Below are positions 59,084-64,000 of a stretch of 64,000 bases of DNA, one piece after another; position 1 is the first letter of the stretch; each line of letters starts with the position of its first letter. Both the position numbers and the translations under genes were made by a program. The notes below the pieces were generated by a model. That model ran no database searches. It saw only the letters and a program-made list of their open reading frames with translations, and was not told the origin of the DNA. This stretch comes from Ruminococcus flavefaciens (GTDB lineage Bacteria > Bacillota > Clostridia > Oscillospirales > Ruminococcaceae). Location of the stretch: NCBI RefSeq assembly GCF_028725585.1, contig NZ_JAQYRV010000150.1. The stretch is one strand, 5' to 3'.

Positions 59084-59683
59084 TTACTTGGAGTACAGCT
59101 CGACGATGAGGTGAGTAGCTACCTCGTAGTCAATATCCTCAGCTGAGGGGAGACGGTTTACTGTAGCAGAGAAATCATCCTTGTTAACTGTGAGCCAAAC
59201 AGGAACGAGTCTGTCCTTTGTTTCCTCTACTGTAGCCTTGAACTTTTCAGAAGTTCTGTCCTTCTCCTTGAGGGCGATAACGTCGCCAACCTTAACTCTA
59301 TAGGAAGGAATGTTTACCTTCTTGCCGTTTACTGTATAGTGGCTGTGTACAACGAGCTGTCTTGCTTCTCTTCTTGTGAGAGCGAGGCCCATTCTGTAGA
59401 TCACGCTGTCAAGTCTGGATTCGAGAACTGTGATAAGGTTATCACCGGCTTTACCTTCCATCTTTTCAGCGATTGAGAAGTAGTTTCTGAACTGCTTCTC
59501 GAGCACGCCATAGATAAACTTCAGCTTCTGCTTTTCCTTGAGCTGAAGTCCGTATTCAGAGATCTTCTTTCTGTTGTTAGCGTTCTTAAAACGGATCGAC
59601 TCCTTCTTTGAAACGCCCATTACAGCTGGGCTGATGCCCAGATATCTGCACTTTTTAAGAATTGGTTCTTTCTGTACTGCCAT
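59084..59683 (-). CDS. rpsD: 30S ribosomal protein S4
   Basis: SEYGLQLKEKQK, LESRLD, ARQLVVH, VNIPSY, IVELYSK. Confidence 0.98.
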   Translation of the reverse strand: MAVQKEPILKKCRYLGISPAVMGVSKKESIRFKNANNRKKISEYGLQLKEKQKLKFIYGVLEKQFRNYFSIAEKMEGKAGDNLITVLESRLDSVIYRMGLALTRREARQLVVHSHYTVNGKKVNIPSYRVKVGDVIALKEKDRTSEKFKATVEETKDRLVPVWLTVNKDDFSATVNRLPSAEDIDYEVATHLIVELYSK

Positions 59684-59704
59684 ATTAATACACCTCCAAT
59701 TTTA

Positions 59705-60109
59705 TCAGACACGACGTCTCTTAGGCGGACGGCAGCCATTGTGCGGGATAGGTGTTACGTCCTTGATCATTCTTACCTCAAGGCCTACTGTCTGAAGTGC
59801 TCTGATAGCTGCTTCACGACCTGCACCAGGTCCCTTTACGTATACTTCTACATTCTTGAGGCCGTGCTCCATAGCAGCCTTTGCTGCTGTCTCAGCAGCT
59901 GTCTGTGCTGCGAAAGGAGTAGACTTCTTTGAGCCTCTGAAACCAAGCTCGCCTGCGCTTGCCCAAGAAATTGCGTTTCCGGCTGTATCTGTAATAGTTA
60001 CGATCGTGTTATTGAAAGTGGACTGGATATGAACAGCGCCGCTTTCGATATTCTTACGTTCTCTACGTCTTCTGATAGTAGTAACTTTTTTACCCTTCTG
60101 CTGTGCCAA
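59705..60109 (-). CDS. rpsK: 30S ribosomal protein S11
   Basis: [36 protein letters not shown]; TTG start. Confidence 0.98.
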   Translation of the reverse strand: MAQQKGKKVTTIRRRRERKNIESGAVHIQSTFNNTIVTITDTAGNAISWASAGELGFRGSKKSTPFAAQTAAETAAKAAMEHGLKNVEVYVKGPGAGREAAIRALQTVGLEVRMIKDVTPIPHNGCRPPKRRRV

Positions 60110-60123
60110 AGTTCATAACCTCC

Positions 60124-60492
60124 TTACTTCTTCTTGTTTGCGATAGTCTTTACAGGACCCTTACGAGTTCTTGCGTTTGTCTTTGTTCTCTGTCCTCTTA
60201 CAGGAAGACCCTTACGATGACGAACGCCTCTGTAGCAGCCTATTTCAACAAGTCTCTTGATGTTAAGAGCAACTTCACGGCGGAGGTCACCCTCTACTGT
60301 GTAATGCTCGTCTATATAGTCACGAAGCTTAGCTACATCCTCTTCTGCGAGGTCCTTAACTCTTACGTCAGGATCTACGCCTGTGTTAGCGAGGATATCT
60401 GTTGCAGTCTGACGACCGATTCCGTAGATATAAGTGAGACCGATTTCGATTCTCTTATTCTTTGGAAGGTCAACACCGGCTATTCTTGCCAT
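60124..60492 (-). CDS. rpsM: 30S ribosomal protein S13
   Basis: [26 protein letters not shown]. Confidence 0.99.
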   Translation of the reverse strand: MARIAGVDLPKNKRIEIGLTYIYGIGRQTATDILANTGVDPDVRVKDLAEEDVAKLRDYIDEHYTVEGDLRREVALNIKRLVEIGCYRGVRHRKGLPVRGQRTKTNARTRKGPVKTIANKKK

Positions 60493-60527
60493 ATTATAAT
60501 TGCACCTCCATTAATGCGCTCGGGTCA

Positions 60528-60641
60528 TCAACCCTGACGCTGCTTATGCTTTGGGTTTTCGCAGATCACCATGATTCTGCCTTTACGTTTGATAACCTTG
60601 CACTTTTCGCAAATAGGTTTTACTGAAGGTCTGACTTTCAT
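60528..60641 (-). CDS. rpmJ: 50S ribosomal protein L36 (not in ORF track)
   Basis: Manual translation: [37 protein letters not shown]. Confidence 0.98.
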   Translation of the reverse strand: MKVRPSVKPICEKCKVIKRKGRIMVICENPKHKQRQG

Positions 60642-60691
60642 TGAAAATACCTCCTTTAGCGGATAACGGATATTTTTGATATCCTGTATTC

Positions 60692-60910
60692 TTACTTAAC
60701 GCGCCAGGTAATACGACCCTTTGAAAGATCATAGGGTGACATTTCAAGCTTTACCTTGTCGCCTGGAACTATTCTGATATAATTCATTCTGAGCTTACCT
60801 GAAACGTGAGATAACACCTCATGTCCGTTCTCAAGCTGAACCTTGAACATTGCATTCGGCAGCGCGTCTGTTACAACGCCCTCAACCTCGATTACATCTT
60901 CTTTTGACAC
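60692..60910 (-). CDS. infA: Translation initiation factor IF-1
   Basis: [10 protein letters not shown]...LPNAMF...[14 protein letters not shown] 60910 is best spaced from GGAGG. Confidence 0.97.
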   Translation of the reverse strand: MSKEDVIEVEGVVTDALPNAMFKVQLENGHEVLSHVSGKLRMNYIRIVPGDKVKLEMSPYDLSKGRITWRVK

Positions 60911-60924
60911 TTGCATAACCTCCT

Positions 60925-61167
60925 TTACTCAGCCTCACTGAATTGCTTCAGCGTGTTTCTGAGTTTTTTATCAGTTATATCGTTTAGATCGATCATACTG
61001 TCTGTAATGCGGATATGTTTTATATTCTTTCGCTTTGGCTTGTCGAGCTTTCTGCTCTTGCCGTCTGCTATAAAGCAATACTTTTCATCAAAACCGACAA
61101 CTGCGAAATATCCTCCGCCGTCACGGCCTGCCTCCGCTCTTACAACAGAGCCTTTCAGCAGCTTCAC
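60925..61167 (-). CDS. KOW-motif RNA-binding protein (L14e-like)
   Basis: [11 protein letters not shown]...[20 protein letters not shown]; usual clostridial position between map and infA. Confidence 0.85.
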   Translation of the reverse strand: MKLLKGSVVRAEAGRDGGGYFAVVGFDEKYCFIADGKSRKLDKPKRKNIKHIRITDSMIDLNDITDKKLRNTLKQFSEAE

Positions 61168-61181
61168 TATTGTTCCCTCCG

Positions 61182-61934
61182 TCAGGGCTGTGTCAGAATG
61201 ACGGGACCGTCAGGAGTTATTGCGATCATATGCTCAAAGTGAGCTGAAAGTGAACCACTTTTTGTAACGACTGTCCAGTTATCTTTCATGACCTTGACGT
61301 CGTCGCCCTTGACGTTTATCATGGGCTCTATGCAGATAGTCATTCCTGCTACCAATCTTGGTCCGTGACCTGCACGTCCCCAATTCGGTACTTCAGGTGA
61401 TTCGTGAACCTCTCTGCCGATTCCGTGGCCGCAGTAATTTCTTACGATTCCGTAGCCTCGTGAAGCACAATACTCTTCTACAGCATGAGAAATATCTCCG
61501 ACCCTTGCGCCAACCTGAGCCTGAGCGATGCCTTCAAAAAGACTCGCCTCTGTAACCTCAAGCAATGCTTTAGCTTCATCAGAAATTTTACCCACAGGGA
61601 AGGTCCAGCAGCTGTCTCCATTGAAGCCCTTGTACGCTGCTCCGGTGTCGATGCTTACTATATCTCCTTCTTTTAATCTGTGGCTTGCCTTTGGAATACC
61701 GTGGATTATCTCCTCATTTACTGAGATACAAGCGTTTCCAGGAAATCCATAAAGGCCTTTAAAGCAGGATCTGCTGTTGTGGCGGGCATAATACTCACCG
61801 ACCAGCTTATCAACATCAAGTGTTGACATTCCCGGCTTTAATCTTTCGCCCGCATACCATATTGCGCCGCAGGTAATCTTACCTGCTTCACGCATTATGG
61901 CTAACTCGGACTTTGATTTAATAGTTATGCTCAT
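61182..61934 (-). CDS. map: Methionine aminopeptidase type I
   Basis: CISVNEEIIHGIP, IDTG, GHGIG, IEPMIN and AHFEH motifs. Confidence 0.98.
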   Translation of the reverse strand: MSITIKSKSELAIMREAGKITCGAIWYAGERLKPGMSTLDVDKLVGEYYARHNSRSCFKGLYGFPGNACISVNEEIIHGIPKASHRLKEGDIVSIDTGAAYKGFNGDSCWTFPVGKISDEAKALLEVTEASLFEGIAQAQVGARVGDISHAVEEYCASRGYGIVRNYCGHGIGREVHESPEVPNWGRAGHGPRLVAGMTICIEPMINVKGDDVKVMKDNWTVVTKSGSLSAHFEHMIAITPDGPVILTQP

Positions 61935-62572
61935 TACTTCTCTACTCCTACTGCCTGCAGAGTGAGCTTAGAAGTATCAGCAACCTCTTCCTGACCAATT
62001 ACAGTAACAAGTTTGCCCTGCTTCTCGTAATAGTCCTTGAGAGGAGCTGTCTTTTCGTGATAAGTTGCAAGTCTGTCGAGAACGACTTCCGGCTGATCGT
62101 CCTTACGAACGATAGTCTTGTCGCCGCACTTATCGCAAACACCCTCGACCTTTGTAGGCTTATACTCGATATGGTAAGAAGCTCCGCAGCCTTGGCAGAC
62201 TCTTCTGCCTGAAACTCTCTGTTTGATAGTCTCATCTGGAACGTGGATCTCGATTACCTTATCAATCTGGATGTTCATTTTGTCAAGAGCTTCTGCCTGA
62301 GGTACCGTTCTTGGGAAGCCATCGAGGATGAAACCGTTCTTGCAGTCGTCCTCAGCTATTCTCTCCTTGAGGATACCGATAACGATATCATCTGAAACGA
62401 GAGCGCCGGCATCCATTGCAGCCTTAGCCTTAAGGCCGTACTCTGTGCCGTTCTTAGCAGCCTCACGAAGAATATTACCTGTTGATATCTGAGGAATATT
62501 CAGAGCATCGGAAACTACCTCAGCCTGAGTACCCTTGCCTGCGCCGGGAGCGCCTAAAAAGATAAGGTTCAT
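61934..62572 (-). CDS. adk: Adenylate kinase
   Basis: GAPGAGKGTQ, LDGFPR, Zn lid CQGC...CDKC, RKDD. Confidence 0.98.
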   Translation of the reverse strand: MNLIFLGAPGAGKGTQAEVVSDALNIPQISTGNILREAAKNGTEYGLKAKAAMDAGALVSDDIVIGILKERIAEDDCKNGFILDGFPRTVPQAEALDKMNIQIDKVIEIHVPDETIKQRVSGRRVCQGCGASYHIEYKPTKVEGVCDKCGDKTIVRKDDQPEVVLDRLATYHEKTAPLKDYYEKQGKLVTVIGQEEVADTSKLTLQAVGVEK

Positions 62573-62587
62573 ATTGTCGGTCCTCCT

Positions 62588-63919
62588 TTACTGTAAGAAG
62601 CCCTTATGATGACGCATCATAAGATGTGATTCAAGTGTTCTTGTTGTTTCAAGTGCAACGCTTACTGCGATAAGGATCGTAGTACCGCCCATTGAAAGTG
62701 TTCTGAGCTGTTCGTCTGCCATCGAGATGAAGATCGGGATAACAGCGATAAATCCGAGGAAGATAGCACCAACGAGTGAGATCTTGTTGAGAACTCTCTG
62801 AATGTAGTCAGATGTTGGCTTACCAGGTCTGATACCCGGGATACCGCCGTTTGACTGACGAAGGTTGTTGGCGATCTCAATTGGATTGTACTGGATCGAT
62901 ACGTAGAAGTAATTGAATGCGATAATAAGAATGAAGTAGATGACTGCGTATCCCCAGCCTCTTGTGCTGAAGAACTTCAGGAACTTATCATAGAAAGTAC
63001 CAGGTGTAGCCTTCTTGAACATTCCTATTGCACTTGGAAGAGACATAAACGACATAGCGAAGATGATCGGCATAACACCGCTCATGATAACCTTTATCGG
63101 AATATGTGTCTTCTGTCCGCCGTACTGCTTTCTGCCAACTACGCGCTTAGCATACTGGATCGGAATACGTCTTTCTGCCTCGTTCATGAAAACGATGAAA
63201 GCGATCTCGGCGAGTATAAATAAGAGATAACCAAGTGATACAAAGAGGTATTTGCTCGGATTATCCGCTGTGAGTTTTACGAGAAGAGCAGCATCGGTAG
63301 GGAATCTTGCTGCGATACCAGCAAAGAGGAGAATGGAAATACCATTTCCGATACCCTTGTCGCTTACTCTGTTACCCATCCATACAACGATGAGTGCACC
63401 TGCTACGAAGCAGGCAATGATAACGAAGGCTGCGAATACGCCTTCACCGCCGCTTGAATATTTCAGAGCGTGCAGTACAGAACCGTTTTCGCCATCAACG
63501 TTCATACGCTTTAATGTAAGATAATAAGCATATGACATGAAAACTGCAAGTACCATAGCAACGAAAGCTGTGATCTTTTCGATTTTCTTTCTTCCCTCTT
63601 CGCCCTCGTCACGCATTCGTTCGAGTGGCGGCAGTGCATATGTCAGCAGCTGCATGATAATGGAAGCGTTGATGAACGGTGTGATTGAAAGTGAGAAGAC
63701 AGTCGCCTGTGACAGCGCACCGCCGGTGATCGTATTCATGTAATCGAGAAAGCCGCCGTCAGTTGCATTCGTATCCATCCATGCTTTTACAACATCAGGA
63801 TTAAGGAATGGAACTGTAACCGCACTTCCGAATCTGAAAATTATGATCATGAGTAATGTGTATAAGATCTTTTTACGTATCTCGGGAACACCCCACGCCT
63901 TTCTCAGGGTCTGGAACAC
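62588..63919 (-). CDS. secY: Preprotein translocase subunit SecY
   Basis: FSLSITPFINASIIMQLL, GIGNGISILLF, ERRIPIQYA, GVMPIIFA, IPGIRPG, GGTTILI; GTG start. Confidence 0.99.
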   Translation of the reverse strand: MFQTLRKAWGVPEIRKKILYTLLMIIIFRFGSAVTVPFLNPDVVKAWMDTNATDGGFLDYMNTITGGALSQATVFSLSITPFINASIIMQLLTYALPPLERMRDEGEEGRKKIEKITAFVAMVLAVFMSYAYYLTLKRMNVDGENGSVLHALKYSSGGEGVFAAFVIIACFVAGALIVVWMGNRVSDKGIGNGISILLFAGIAARFPTDAALLVKLTADNPSKYLFVSLGYLLFILAEIAFIVFMNEAERRIPIQYAKRVVGRKQYGGQKTHIPIKVIMSGVMPIIFAMSFMSLPSAIGMFKKATPGTFYDKFLKFFSTRGWGYAVIYFILIIAFNYFYVSIQYNPIEIANNLRQSNGGIPGIRPGKPTSDYIQRVLNKISLVGAIFLGFIAVIPIFISMADEQLRTLSMGGTTILIAVSVALETTRTLESHLMMRHHKGFLQ

Positions 63920-63920
63920 A

Positions 63921-64000
63921 TTACATCACCTCTGTCTTTCCGCCTGCCTTTTCTATCTTCTCAACAGCACTCTGTGAGAATTTTGCAGCTTTAACTGTCA
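63921..64000 (-). CDS. rplO: 50S ribosomal protein L15, C-terminal fragment at the window edge
   Basis: Manual translation: ...TVKAAKFSQSAVEKIEKAGGKTEVM*, directly upstream of secY. Confidence 0.93.
   Translation of the reverse strand, partial: TVKAAKFSQSAVEKIEKAGGKTEVM

Overview
A 64 kb chromosomal window from a cellulosome-producing Ruminococcus. The dockerin style and gene content suggest an R. flavefaciens-like organism (inference). From left to right it holds: (1) a type IV pilus locus with major pilin pilA (cut by the window edge), pilT, pilB with an MshEN motif, a + strand pilD, and a pilC-pilMN-pilO operon ending in three minor pilins, one of them 1058 aa; (2) uvrC, an HD-like DUF5662-type gene, a LacI regulator, a TPR protein and a 792-aa low-complexity protein with a structured leader; (3) a 19.5 kb + strand block in which de novo purine genes (purE, purC, purF, purM, purN, stand-alone IMP cyclohydrolase, AICAR transformylase, purD) are interleaved with accessory genes, including paralogous lipoproteins and a dockerin-expansin; (4) groES-groEL with a perfect CIRCE, ylbJ/yqfC/yqfD, an orphan Phd-like gene, pspA plus an unannotated 57-aa membrane protein, a GH9-CBM3c-dockerin cellulase, a Tim44-like gene, a Spo0A-like gene and a response regulator-kinase-htrA operon; (5) yajC and the distal spc/alpha ribosomal cluster (rplO to rplQ). 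I found no tRNA, rRNA, CRISPR array, integrase or transposase. The best leads are a PurF lacking its catalytic N-terminal Cys, the disordered scaffold-like protein with its TPR neighbour near the pilus locus, the giant PilX-like pilin, and the interleaved purine operon. Family assignments come from motif recognition by eye; no searches were run.
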